Source of the DNA: Rhina ancylostomus | Taxonomy: Eukaryota | Assembly (NCBI GenBank): GCA_030265395.1 | Contig: JARFYF010000118.1 | Coordinates: 25,876,630-25,940,629 of the forward strand | Direction: 5' to 3' | DNA: 64,000 nt | Part shown: in pieces, positions 37,206 to 49,899 of the stretch | Layout of the letters: the number at the start of each line of letters is the position of its first letter | Position numbering within the stretch: the first letter of the stretch is position 1 | Position numbers and translations under genes: made by a program | The notes under the pieces: generated by a model | What the model was told of the DNA's origin: nothing | Databases searched by the model: none | Seen by the model: the letters and a program-made list of their open reading frames with translations, nothing else

Positions 37206-40200
37206 CTAATGACATTAGGAAAACTTTACACATGATGAACGAATCTGAATTTGTACAATTGCATCACCAAACCTCAAAGTACTTCACAATTAAGAATGGG
37301 CAGTTACTGGGCCTGGAATTTCCCAAGCTGAGAGCACTCCAAACATTTACAACTCTACCACATTTCTAGTGTAGGAATAGCCACAAAATAGAGACAGCTC
37401 CAAGGAAAATCCCAGCTTTCCTAGGCAAAGGCAGCTAATAAATCTCAAGGTTCCATTGATAAGGTTTAACGGAATGATTTGTTAGTCTGCTTTGGCAATT
37501 GGACCAAGGAGACTTTCTGCTTGGCTCTCACTTTACCAGTGGATCTTTAACATCCACTNNNNNNNNNNNNNNNNNNNNNNNNNNNNNNNNNNNNNNCATG
37601 GGAATGGAGAGTAAGGGGGAGGGGGTTGCAGTTCTAATGGTAAATTTGTGTAGAATTCACAAGGCCTTTCAAGTTAAAATCCAAAAACAGAGGAAAGGGA
37701 TGACATCCAAATGGCTAGAGTACAAAATTAACACCTCCCCAAAATGACTCTCTGACTCTGTGGAACTCCATGGCAGTAGGAGATGGGAGTTGGAGAGAGA
37801 GAGGGAAGGCTCAGTTTATGCATTGCAGTCCTGGAGTGGGACCTGAACATTACTTCTAAGAGGCTGAAAATCCACCAACTGGGAATCATTAGAAAGAGAA
37901 AGATAGCCATGGGTAACTCTGATGCAGAAGACTCTATGGACTGACTCACTTTATGACCAAAATTGTCCCTCCCTCTTTCCCTGTGGTTGTGATTTAAGAA
38001 TTCTGGAATATATTACCATTTATCAGTACATAATAAAAACAATTACATGTCTCAAGTTTTATTGGAGTCACATGTGCTCTTTCAAATGCAAAGGAATTAA
38101 TAAAAGACACGATTTTCAAAAATGTAAACATCACAAGATATATTTCTGGAATAACTAAAAGGCACAGATCAGAACCAGCCTTCCTGAAAAATATCCAAAA
38201 AAAAGCTTCAGNNNNNNNNNNNNNNNNNNNNNNNNNNNNNNNNNNNNNNNNNNNNNNNNNNNNNNNNNNNNNNNNNNNNNNNNNNNNNNNNNNNNNNNNN
38301 NNNNNNNNNNNNNNNNNNNNNNNNNNNNNNNNNNNNNNNNNNNNNNNNNNNNNNNNNNNNNNNNNNNNNNNNNNNNNNNNNNNNNNNNNNNNNNNNNNNN
38401 NNNNNNNNNNNNNNNNNNNNNNNNNNNNNNNNNNNNNNNNNNNNNNNNNNNNNNNNNNNNNNNNNNNNNNNNNNNNNNNNNNNNNNNNNNNNNNNNNNNN
38501 NNNNNNNNNNNNNNNNNNNNNNNNNNNNNNNNNNNNNNNNNNNNNNNNNNNNNNNNNNNNNNNNNNNNNNNNNNNNNNNNNNNNNNNNNNNNNNNNNNNN
38601 NNNNNNNNNNNNNNNNNNNNNNNNNNNNNNNNNNNNNNNNNNNNNNNNNNNNNNNNNNNNNNNNNNNNNNNNNNNNNNNNNNNNNNNNNNNNNNNNNNNN
38701 NNNNNNNNNNNNNNNNNNNNNNNNNNNNNNNNNNNNNNNNNNNNNNNNNNNNNNNNNNNNNNNNNNNNNNNNNNNNNNNNNNNNNNNNNNNNNNNNNNNN
38801 NNNNNNNNNNNNNNNNNNNNNNNNNNNNNNNNNNNNNNNNNNNNNNNNNNNNNNNNNNNNNNNNNNNNNNNNNNNNNNTCATTGCCAAGGAGCACTAGCC
38901 CAGGGTGGGATGGGAAGGTGCCAGTAGTGGAAGCAATTTTAATATGATTTAAATTTCAGGAGGAGAACTTCTGCTTCTTTTGATTCCACATTTTTTTTTG
39001 TTTTTAACTCTGTGCTGCGAAGCCCTGTTTTTAAATGTTCCAGTCCATGCAGTGAGGTTTTTTCAAGTTGCTGTTTAGATAGAGGTTTTCAAAACTTTAA
39101 CCCAAGTGACAATGAAGAAGAGGCATGTTAAAGTCAGGGTCTTAAGAGTTTTAAAAATTTACTTTTAATGACAACTCGTTAGATTGTATGTAAACTGGGT
39201 AAAGCTGAATAATCCAAGTCAGAGATCTGCAGTGCTTTGTGTAGGGCAATATCTAGTCTGTATGGCTAAACAGCCATTAGGCCGATGATTACTATATTCA
39301 AGGAGACCCAAGGCACATTTTAAATGGTTGCCCCAAAGGCCTCTACAACACTCAAAGCAAGATGACATTAACTGTATTTCCACGATATTTAATTGTGGAA
39401 GCCTGGCCCTTTAAATTAGAATTTCACACTTGCAAAAATGTGCACACTTATCTACTTTTAGGTTAGCGTGTTTTTCATATGTACTTCCAGTGGCAGTAAC
39501 CTATAACTGCCTTGGAGAAAGTCTGTGTTCAGTCCTAGGTTTTCAGCATAGTCTCAAAGGACCAAACAGCTTTCCTATCTTCTGCATGGGTAGAGACCTC
39601 TGGTTGACTCTTATTTTGCCGCTATAATCTTAGCACCTAGACTCAAGCCATTTATTCCCGTAGCACTTTCATCCCTACTCTTAGTCTTGTATAGCACAAC
39701 TTTAACATGTTCCCTCCACCCATGCAGTTGTTTGCCCTCCATATATTAGTGCACCTGGTCCCTGCTTTGCTGTCTTTGTGTGTGGCCTGGCATTTGGTAA
39801 AGAGAGAGAGGGAGGAGGTGATATTGAGCTGAAAGAATTCTCACACAAGGGGAGGCAGAAAATTAGACAGGTGACCTACATACTGTACAGGAACTGAGTG
39901 GAAAGTGTATGTCTGAGGGCTGTGGCTGTAATGGAAGAACCTACAACATTGGGAACAAACAGCTCAAAAGAATTCAGACCGAAGTAAAAACTGGAACCAT
40001 TCCCTTTGCTTTTTCCCCCTGCCTAGCTTAATGCATTTCTACTTCAGAATGGGCTCTTTACAAGTCCCATATTTGCATCAAAAATTCTTAAAAGCAGTAT
40101 TAGGTTCTCTTCTACTACAAAGGCAAATGGCTTGGCAACTCTTGGGCTTTATTGAAGTCAGCTGCATACTGCAAAGTCCCGCGGTGATGTGGAAATCCAG

Positions 40201-41953
40201 GAGTGGCCATGTACCCCGTATTTAAAGATGGACTTGTGCATTCCGGAAAATCTTCCTAGAAAGTGTTTGGCAGCCTGTTTTTAAATTGATGTGATGGTGC
40301 AAGCACACTGCTGGACACAGGGGCCCCATTTCCTGCACATGATGTCACCACCCTTCTGTGTGACAGTTCAAAAGACCCTTTAATTCTTCTGACATAAGAA
40401 AAGTGACACAAGAATCTCTCCTTAAAATCCTGTACTGGTGTTTGTGCCCTTTAGCCAGTCTTAATGCAGAGTCCTGATATTGAAAACAGGAGGGTTCAGC
40501 TGGTAACACTCATCTTGGAGTCAATAGTTTGTGAACTTTAGCCACATTCAAGAGGACAAACTCAGCCAGCACTTTAGTGCAGTAGTGTAGGTTTTCAACA
40601 TTGTCAGAGGCATGGGGTGAGGAACTTCAAAACACCTCATTGCCATTTGAGGAGGAGCAGAAAATACTTTTATTATCTTGTCTAACATTTTCTTTCAAAT
40701 AAATCCCCATTATGTCTGAACCTTGTTTGTGAGATGCTTTTCTGCTATTGTATCGCTCGCCTGCTGGCTACATGACCTTTCAAAGTGAGTGAAATTTGTT
40801 TTTTTTTATTTTTAATCTTTGGGATGTGGCTATTGCTGACGAGGCTGGGATTTATTGCCCATCCATTACTGCTTGAGTAGCTGGATGCAGGTTTTTATTT
40901 GAACCACTGCAATCTTAGTGGTTTTTGATAGACCTGAATGCCCTGTTTGAAATATTCCTCACTTGCCTGAATTAGTCTGTTTATCTATTCATGATTTATT
41001 TAGCCAAGGCAGTTTTGTGTTTGTTTTCATTTTCACAACATCTCTGGGAGCACATAATTCATTTTAAACACCCTGAAATGTTGGTTTCAGCATTGCTCTG
41101 GAAATTCCTCATGGATTCAAGTTTGAAAGAATCTGGCAAAACACAATCAGAAGCTATATGAGCCAACTGATCACAAGTATGTGGTTCCATAATTCTTGCC
41201 TTGATTGCTGCTGAAAAAGCTGCACATTTTTATTGTCCAAAATATAATAAATGGGACTGAGGGGTGGGTGGAAGTGTAGGGCAAGTGATCTTCAGGAGAG
41301 AGAGCGAGAGAGCAAGAGAGAACTGGGAGGGGTGTGTTGACTGCAGGAATTTGAAGTGGGACATGGTAGTGTGTAATGTGGTCAGGAGCAAGACTGGAGA
41401 GGTGGAGGGAGTCAATGCCAAATTAGGCCAATGGTCAAAGGGTGGTATGGGGGTTTCAATTCAGCACTATTATTAAAACCTAATTGTCCTCGTGGTGCAC
41501 AGAATTATGTCAGGGAAGGCTGCATCACTCCAGGAAGTACCCTGTCAAATTTCTGGAGTGATCCCAAGCAAAGTAGATGGGTATTCATCTGGTTTCACAC
41601 CTGGTAAACTTATTTTTCAAATTACATAATGCAAAAAACATAGCCCTGAGTGATCAAATTTCTAGGGCCACAGGCTTTCATATCTGGATTGGTGCTTCCT
41701 AGTTTGAGAATTACATTACACACAATTATAAATATATTCTTGGGAAGATGTGAAGTAGGATTAATCATTCAACCACTTGACCTTGAAGTGTCAGTCTAGC
41801 TGATGTACTCATTTGGGCTTGGATGCAACTTGGATGTGATAGTTACTAATCAACCAAGATGAACAGTAATAGAATTGTTTCCAAGATGATATTGACTAAA
41901 GTTTCCATCAAAATTAACCAAACTTATACCGCCAGACCTGGGGAACCACTCAC

Positions 41954-42219
41954 CTTAACACCAACATTGGTATTGTGCAGATCTACACGTGCTCGTAAAT
42001 CTTTGTTGGATTTCTTCTGTCCCATGAACTCTTTGACAAATTTGTTGCTGTACTTGAGGTTGTCCCCGCAGCCTCCCCACTGCCAAGCTTCCCGGTTTTC
42101 CAAGTCGGGAGCTTCGTCACAGGTGCATCGTTCCATCCGACCAGCACTACAGGCCTTGGCCAGAGCATGAGTCAGCCCAGCGGAGGAGATGGCATACAAG
42201 AAGGCAGTCTCTTTAAATC
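41954..42219 (-). CDS. wnt9a: Wnt-9a coding exon 3 (266 bp, phase 1 in / phase 0 out)
   Basis: (G)[88 protein letters not shown]. Acceptor ccaccttttag (ends 42220) and donor AAG|gtgagt (41953-41948). Phases match exons 2 and 4. Confidence 0.98.
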
Positions 42220-42309
42220 CTAAAAGGTGGAAGAAAATTAAAGATATTTTTCTCCAAGTATTGGGGTCTAAAGAGCAAAATGTTAGGATAGAGAGTAAAG
42301 AAAATCATT

Positions 42310-42642
42310 AGAGTCATCAAGTTACACTGCACAGAAATAAGCCTTCAGCCCACCAAATCCACAAAACCTTCAAGCACACATTTACAATAATCCTCATTCT
42401 CCCCAACCACCCCCACACCTCCCACCCCGCCAAGATTCTATCACTACACTCAACTACATACTGGAGACAATTTACAGCAGCTAATTAACTCACCAACGAG
42501 CATATCTTTGGCACGTGGAAGGAAACCGGAGCACCCGGAAGAAACAGGAAGAACGTGCAAACCTCACACAGACAGCACCAGAGGTCAGAATTGAACCCAA
42601 GTCACTGGAGCTGTGAGGCAGCAGCTCTACTAACTGTGCCAC
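42310..42642 (-). mobile_element. HE1/V-SINE-type tRNA-derived SINE with CR1-like tail
   Basis: Minus strand reads gtggcacagttagtagagctgctgcctcacagctccagtgacttgggttcaattctgacc (A/B boxes), then V-domain ttccgggtgctccggtttcc. Its 3' tail resembles the CR1 ends in this window. Confidence 0.85.
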
Positions 42643-42829
42643 TTTCTGGTTTTACAGATCAAAAGCCAAGTGAAATGCTGAGAGAGGTGAATAGTTACAG
42701 GAAAGAATTGTTTGATTTGAAATTGATCCCATGGGCCTGTCGTTCAAAAGATTATGTAATGGAGTACTGGAGCATAGGAGGAATTAGGCTGACACCTCTT
42801 ATTGCTAGATTTTCTTTTCACATACTTAA

Positions 42830-43100
42830 TTGATGCCCCATCTGCCCTCTCAGCTGGATGTAAAGGATCCTATGACAGCATTTTAAAGAAAAGCAGGGAA
42901 GTTCTCCTGCTACCCTGGCCATTACTTATTCCACAACTGACGTCACTGAAACAAATTACGTGATAATGTATGAGAGATCTTGCCATGTACAAATTATCTA
43001 TCATGTATCCTATATTACAGCAGCAACTGTAATTTAAAAGTACTTATTTTGCTGCTAAACCCTTCCAGAGTCCCCAGGATGAGAAAGGTGCTTATTTGCG
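42830..43100 (+). mobile_element. DeuSINE/SacSINE1-type SINE
   Basis: gccccatctgccctctcagctggatgtaaaggatcctatgacagcattttaaagaaaagcagggaagttctcctgctaccctggcc (Deu-domain-like core). Confidence 0.75.
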
Positions 43101-44904
43101 TTATTTTAAAATGATGCAATTCAGAAGAAAAAAAAAAGAGGCACACATTGAAAAATCTCATTGTAATACTGGCTCCTTCAACAAAGGAAGCAAGAGCAGA
43201 TTCACTATGATCATGGGATTTCTGATGCAATTAGTGGAGTCATCAAATGTAGATTCCTCCACACACACACGACCAAAACTTTTAGCTGTGCTTCCAAGGA
43301 AGGTGCAGGCAGAGCTCAGACCTTTCCTCTTCCCAAATAGTGAGAAGTGGCTATGGTACATTCATCACAGTATGCAATTGATTTACAGACATCTATTTCA
43401 CCAGCAGCACATCATTCCTACTCAAAGTAAACACTGCTTAAAAGGGAATGACTCACCCGCATTTATTACTGACCAGCTTGTGCTCGTCTCAGTATCAGCT
43501 CTTGGGCAAGAGTATTATTTTAGTGAACAGTCCATGGGCAATGCTCCCAGGGAGAAGGTGACAACAGATGGTGCTATTTATTAAGATAAATAGATAGCTC
43601 TGTTTTATAAAACCTTTCAGGATATGGTTTATGAGTAAGGTGAGGCACAAAATGGCTACAAGAAGCAGGTGACTTTGTGCTCAAATCCAGAAGCTCCAGT
43701 GAGGTTTTCCCTCATGCCAAGTCTGAATTGTTGTCGACTAATTGACTGATTTTAGTCACTATGATTAGGCATAAACTCCTTTATTGTTTTCTCCAACTAC
43801 CAAGGTAGTAGAGGGTGAATTAGATGAATCGTAATCATTATTCAGCTAATACTTCATAAACTCTCGGTACAGGTGTGCACATTGAATTGAGAATAATTCA
43901 TTCCCTTTAGCAATTACAGTCTTGATCTCAGTGCCAAGTTCTGAACAACAGACAGTAGGCAAAGCTTAACTATCATTTCCAGAAGAAACAGAGCAGCCTT
44001 CAAGTCTCATACAAGACCCTGCATCATATTATGGAAAGAAAGAACTTGCACCAACATCCTCGTGTCCCTAAGGTGGGCTTTGAAACATAACTATTGAGTG
44101 GCAAGAGCACCCCAACACCTTGGAACAGTGGTGTGGTTCTGGAATCAAGTGTTGCTTGTTCAGAAGCTTGGGGTGCTTTATTTTTCATGTTTTATAATCT
44201 TGACCTACACAATTAATTGTGATATTGATATTGAAAAACATTGGGTCCATGTCACACTGGGTCCTATATCTGCTATGACAATTTTCTTCTCCCAACTATG
44301 CCCTGAAATAAGATTCTGACAATAACAAACATCAGCAACAGCCCACCAAGACAATGTACAAATTCCACCCTACCCACAACAGCAGGAACCTTTTGGAATG
44401 GAAATTCCTGATATAGGACATTGAAACAAACCCAAACATTTCAAATGTGGTGGCCAATGAGGAATGAAATGTTGCCGTCCAGGATTTGAAGAGAGTGGAG
44501 AAAAGTTGTAGATGTTTGGACAAAATGAAATGAAAGTTAATACACAGGCATATAATAGCAAAACAGCTGAAAGTGGCAGGTTAAAAATCAGACAGAAGGA
44601 ATTCCTGTAAGATTCAATCAGTATTGTTGATTGTTGTTCGAGTTTGAGAGTGTGATCACATTCAACTGTTTCAAATTAAGAGTCTCCTAGCTCTCAGTAC
44701 AAGTGGATCCTCAAAGTAGGTCAAGGAGACAGCCATGACTGCATCAAGCAAAACCCTAACAATTCTTAAGATAGAGGAAGTTTGAAATATTCCCTTCAAA
44801 TATGCACAATGCAGATTAAGCAATTGAAATCAAGTGGCAAAGCAAGTGACTATGCTTTAACCATGATAATACATTGTGTAAAGGTAGATGTTGCTACAGG
44901 CAGT

Positions 44905-45135
44905 TAAGAGAATGGTGTAATTGGTTATAACGCTTTTTCACCTCTCAGAATCAAGTTTGAATCTAACCCAAACTGATGGGCTGAAAGTCTCCTCTCGTTC
45001 ATTTTTGCTGCCTTGCATGTGATATGGGTATTCTCCATCCCAGTTGCCAATGGTCACGAGTCCACAACATAAAATTATTCATCAATCAGTACAGAAATGT
45101 TACTAAGTTGGCAGCCTCACTGACTTGGGCCCCAA
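44905..45135 (+). mobile_element. LF-SINE-like ancient SINE
   Basis: tttcacctctc..gtttgaatctaacccaa..gctgaaagtc; atgtgatatggg..cccagttgccaatgg..gtccacaacataaaa..gttggcagcctca. Colinear with the recalled LF-SINE consensus (CTTTCACCTCT..GTTCGAATCCAGCCCAG..CCGAAAGTC..TGTGAAATGAG..TCCAGTTCCTAGTGG..GTCCACATCACAAAA..GTTGGCAGTCTCA). Confidence 0.65.
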
Positions 45136-45674
45136 GAGATGGCTGGTGCAGGAAGCCGAAATGTCACAATAGTACAGCAAGCATTGCTCCCAAGTTTTTA
45201 GAAGAGGCACAGTGTTGGGGGCACTGATGACCTGATTTCTGTGTCTTTATATAACCCAGTCCTGGGAAAGTAGTGCTCCAGTGGTGACCCGTGACCCTCA
45301 TTCTGTATATACCAGTCACTGCAGGTTCCCAAAACTGCTTTTTATGACACAACATTGAACAAATAGAAAACTGGGGGCCAAATAAAGCAAGATCAAGGAC
45401 ATAGGTAGCAGAGGAATTGGCAGAGAGAGACAAGATCAATGAACTCTCAAGGGATACCCATAGGAGGAGTTGGTTCAAACTATGGAATAATGATTGAATT
45501 TGTGAGGGTGATCAAGTTCAGAGTTTCTAAATTATTTGTCTCTTGACTCCAAGGACACTGCTTGCCTTTTTAATGGCAAATCCAACTGCCTTGTCAACAG
45601 TGCTATATCTTTGTATCTTTGTATAGAAGCCGAAAAAATTTGTTTGGCCAAGACTTTAGAGTGGGCTAAAGGAA

Positions 45675-45835
45675 AATGTTGCAGATGTTGGAAATTTGAA
45701 ATAAACGACAAATATATTGGGGAGAAAAATTCAGACAACATCATTGGAAAGTAACCCAAAACATTAATGCTGTTTCCCTCTCCTCAGATGTTGCCTGACC
45801 TGCAGGGTATTCCCAAAATTTTTTTTATTTTAGTA
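45675..45835. mobile_element. Penelope-derived inverted-repeat (MITE-like) remnant
   Basis: gcagatgttggaaatttgaaataaa...cagacaacat followed by the reverse arm aaacattaatgctgtttccctctcctcagatgttgcctgacctgc. Confidence 0.55.
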
Positions 45836-45991
45836 TTAATGAAGCTTTTTTTCAGTACCTAGTCCATGCTGTATCTGCCCAAGTGTTCAGTTTAAATGAT
45901 ACCAGAGCAGGATACTGAACTCCTTAGTACCAGAACTTCTCACCCACAGGAAGAAAATCCACTTTTGCCCCCAAACGGGGAAAGATTATAT

Positions 45992-46241
45992 TGTGGCGAG
46001 TTAACTTTCACGAACCGGCTCCCAGGATCGCAAGCGTTGTCGGAGGCCCCGACACAAGATGGTGCAGGGCACTCCTTTGTTAGGCTAGTGGAGCCTGTGG
46101 GTGGGAAGGTCACGTGACCTGCACGTGACGTCAGCACAGGAACAGTGTTTATTAAAGGGGCAGTGCACCCCTGTCGTTCATTCGACTCTTGGACTCCAAA
46201 CAAGTGTCTCATGTCTTTATTCAGTGTAGCTAGCTGCTACA
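45992..46241 (+). repeat. 5' LTR (250 bp)
   Basis: Direct repeat of 47196-47448 with about 24 substitutions plus one 3-bp indel (manual count). Starts TGT, ends ACA. Confidence 0.95.
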
Positions 46242-46412
46242 TTGGTGACCCCAACGGGCCCAAACGTTTTTGGACCCACGATGTCTGAACAACAAGAGGT
46301 ACTGGCAGTAGCNNNNNNNNNNNNNNNNNNNNNNNNNNNNNNNNNNNNNNNNNNNNNNNNNNNNNNNNNNNNNNNNNNNNNNNNNNNNNNNNNNNNNNNN
46401 NNNNNNNNNNNN

Positions 46413-47139
46413 ACCTCCACCCAGTCCTGTGCACGAGCCCTTTTGTCAACCTGGGTGGCCCGTTTTGGTGTCCCGGCCCATATCACCTCAGACAGGGGAG
46501 CTCAATTCACCTCTAGCCTGTGGTCGGCCATTGCCGACTTGTGGGGTTCCCAAATCCACCTCACCACCGCCTATCATCCACAGTCCAATGGGCTGGTAGA
46601 GCGGTTCCATCGGCACCTGAAATCGGCATTCATGGCCCGCCTTACGGGGCCCAACTGGGTGGACGAACTCCCCTGGGTCATGTTGGGGATACGTACCTCA
46701 CCAAAAGAGGACCTGAACGCCTCGTCCGCAGAACTGGTTTACGTATCGCCCTTGATGGTCCCGGGCAAGTTCCTACCCACCCCTCAGGGGCCAGAGGAAG
46801 AACCTACTGTGATGCTTGTCTGGCTGCGCAAGCGACTTGGCAACCTAGCCCCAATTCCCACCTCGCAACATGGACAGACTCTGACCCGTATGCCGACATC
46901 CCTCCACGACTGCAAGTTTGTCTTTGTCAGGAGAGGCGCGCACCAAACACCACTGCAGCGGCTGTACGAAGGGCTGTTCCGGGTTGTCAAGGACAATGGG
47001 TCTACGTTTGTGTTGGACATTGGGGGGAGTGAGGAGTTTTTTTTTTACAATTGACCGGCTGAAGCCGGCTCATTTAGACCTGGACCAACCAGTAGTGGTC
47101 CTGCCGGCACAACGCAGGGGCAGGCCATCCAAGTCATAG
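46413..47139 (+). pseudogene. Gypsy pol integrase C-terminal half (rve core and degenerate GPY/F module), frameshifted
   Basis: WVARFGVPAHITSDRGAQFTS...TTAYHPQSNGLVERFHRHLK carries the second D and the E of DDE. LQRLYEGLFRV is a decayed GPF/Y motif. A frameshift at the T-run near 47037-47046 precedes TIDRLKPAH. Confidence 0.9.
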
Positions 47140-47195
47140 TTTATTTACTCCTAGTTTTTGCAACGGTATCGCCAGTTCGGGGGGTGGGGGGGTTA

Positions 47196-47448
47196 TGTGG
47201 CAACTTACCTTTCACGAACCGGCTCCCAGGATCGCGAGCGTTGTCGGAGGCCCCGACACAAGATGGCGCAGGGCACTCCTCCTTTGTTGGGCTAGTGGAG
47301 CCTGCGCGCGGGAAGGTCACATGACCTGCGTGTGACGTCAGTGCGGAAACTGTGTTTATTAAAGGGGCAGCACACCCCAGTTGTTCATTCAACTCTTGGA
47401 CTCCAAACGAGTGTCTCGTGTCTTTATTCAGTGTAGCTAGCTGCTACA
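47196..47448 (+). repeat. 3' LTR (253 bp)
   Basis: Preceded by a poly-G PPT (~47179-47192) and followed by the TSD ATAT. Confidence 0.95.
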
Positions 47449-49899
47449 ATATCCCAATTATTGTCAGGCATTTTACTGCTTGAGTGATTAATGTGATCTT
47501 ATCTTTTACTGGACATACTGATCTATTTAAAATAGATGGGTTAATGTATCTGCCAATATGCTAGAGTCAGGCACTTGTTATAAGCATGTTCAGTAAGTGG
47601 ACAACTTTGTGACAGTTGCCTTGTTTTATCCTTAGATATTGAAAAAGTCACAAGTTTAGTGAGGGATTCTTTTTCCTTTGTGTTTTATATAAGAGAATGC
47701 AAACAGTGTACAATTTACTGTTTAATTAGGTGATATTGCATATGTGAAGTTTATCTGAAGTGTGCAGCTTGTAGAAGTCATACCAGGGCTCATAAATCAG
47801 AGTGCTGCACACCAGATGTGCTGCAATAAACTCATAACCTTTGTGCTGGCAAGGAAAATGAAAATGGAAAAAATAATTACAGTCAAATGTACTTGTCCTC
47901 TTGGACTAAAAATGCTATTTTAAATTTCTTATTTTAAAAAATGAAGTCAAATTTAATCACCGTCTTGGTAGAAGAAACAGTTGAGCTTCTTGATTAAGAG
48001 TTCAAGTACCAATACTGTTGTTGCACTAATCCATCTAAAACATCTGATTACTTTCTATGAATGTCCTTCTGTGTGTTTCCTTTTTCCTTCTGCATGGAGC
48101 AGCCTTAAGGGGTGAATGGCCTATTCCTGCTCCCTTTTCTTACGTTTTTACAGCTTTATGGCTACATCACATTAGATATATGCTTCCATTTCCCTGGTGT
48201 TGCTTAAAGTCAGTTCAAGTATTAAAACAGGTCACAACGACCTTTACACTACAGTTGTCAACATGAGGAATTTAACTCTTAGCCTCCTCTATTCTGTTTT
48301 TCTCTTATTCCCTGGATATGAATGTCACTGGAGTATTGCTCTTCTGTAGTTGCCCTGAGAAAAAAGTTCTCTCCCACACCCCCCCCTCCCCCCCACCAAA
48401 TGGACATTGAGCTGGGTTTTCATAACAGCTCACAGCTAATACAATCATTGTTTAAATAAATGTTAAGTTCTCATATACCCATGTCCTCTAGTTATCAAGA
48501 CCAGTATCATACCATGGATTGACACTGAGGGTGGACAAATGCCACTTATTTNNNNNNNNNNNNNNNNNNNNNNNNNNNNNNNNNNNNNNNNNNNNNNNNN
48601 NNNNNNNNNNNNNNNNNNNNNNNNNNNNNNNNNNNNNNNNNNNNNNNNNNNNNNNNNNNNNNNNNNNNNNNNNNNNNNNCTTTTCTCTCTCCTTTGAGGT
48701 GTCAATTTTCATTCTGGCTTTAGGTCTAACAGAAAAAAAACAATTCTTTTAACATTGAAATCTGTGTCAAGTTTTTCTTGCTGGCATCATGGTTTTCAGT
48801 TTTAACTGGCATCTTGTCCCTTTGACCACCTCTTCCTGTCTTGACCTGCATTATGCTTGTCTTTTTTTGCCTAATCTCATCTCATTCTCTCCACCTAAAT
48901 GTGGTTTTCTCTNNNNNNNNNNNNNNNNNNNNNNNNNNNNNNNNNNNNNNNNNNNNNNNNNNNNNNNNNNNNNNNNNNNNNNNNNNNNNNNNNNNNNNNN
49001 NNNNNNNNNNNNNNNCCCCCCCCCCCACACACACAGGACTTTCCCACTCTGTCCCTTTTCTCCAAGTTCTGAGTCGAGTGTCAAGCTAATAACTTTTCCT
49101 CCTTCTGTCCGTTATTACCACAGAGCATTAAACAGGCAATTCCCTCCCCCTATAACCAGACTATACAGCACCACTTACTTTAAGTGCCACTAAATCCTTT
49201 GCTAGTTCCAGAAATGTGACTCAACAGCAACGCCAAGAAAAATATCCATTACTCCACCAGTGTGATATTTAATTTCCTACATCATCTACCCTGGTGTTTT
49301 TTCCTGAGTAAGACTGCCCAATGTTGAGTTGCATTAGAATGCAGCTTGGTGCCACAGGCTCATGTCTCCTGTATAATGGATTGAGGTCATTGCACTTGGA
49401 ACCATTTGCCCACAGCTCTGAACAGGTCATCAATCTCCTGAGAGATTTTGTTTCCAGTAGCGAAACACACAATTCAGGTGTTGCCCCTGATGAAAACCTT
49501 GTTGAAGTAAGTGACAGCTTGCATTAGTCATGTGGACTGAAGGGGTGGCTGAGGGGTAAAGAAAGTGAATATCTGAATATAAACCCTTAGGATATGTGGA
49601 TACAATGGAGTAATGAGTGAGAACTTAATCTATAGAGCATATTACAAAAAAGGGAGACATTGAAATCAGTTAATTACTGAGTAAATGGAAATTAGGGAGG
49701 TTCTTTTAGCATTCTGCAATATAATACAAGCCTTTTCAGACATGGCATGTGGCAAGTATACTCTGCTTGGGTGGAACAATTCTTTGGACCTATAATTCTC
49801 AAAGCTTTTCCCTGCCTCACATCTGGTCTGTTGCAGACCAGTTGATTAAAATGATTAGTCAACAATACCATTACTGCTGGATCATGCAACTATCCATCG

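Larger units (their letters stand above)
45992..47448 (+). mobile_element. Ty3/Gypsy LTR retrotransposon (CsRn1-like clade), internal part collapsed into a 100-N gap, antisense in wnt9a intron 2
   Basis: TG...CA LTRs at 45992-46241 and 47196-47448. 4-bp TSD ATAT (45988-45991 and 47449-47452). PBS tggtgacccc after the 5' LTR, G-rich PPT before the 3' LTR. Probable gag start ATG at 46281 and an integrase fragment. Confidence 0.95.

Noticed and set aside
38155-38895. 246-aa and 226-aa ORFs
   Set aside because: Almost entirely N-gap translation.
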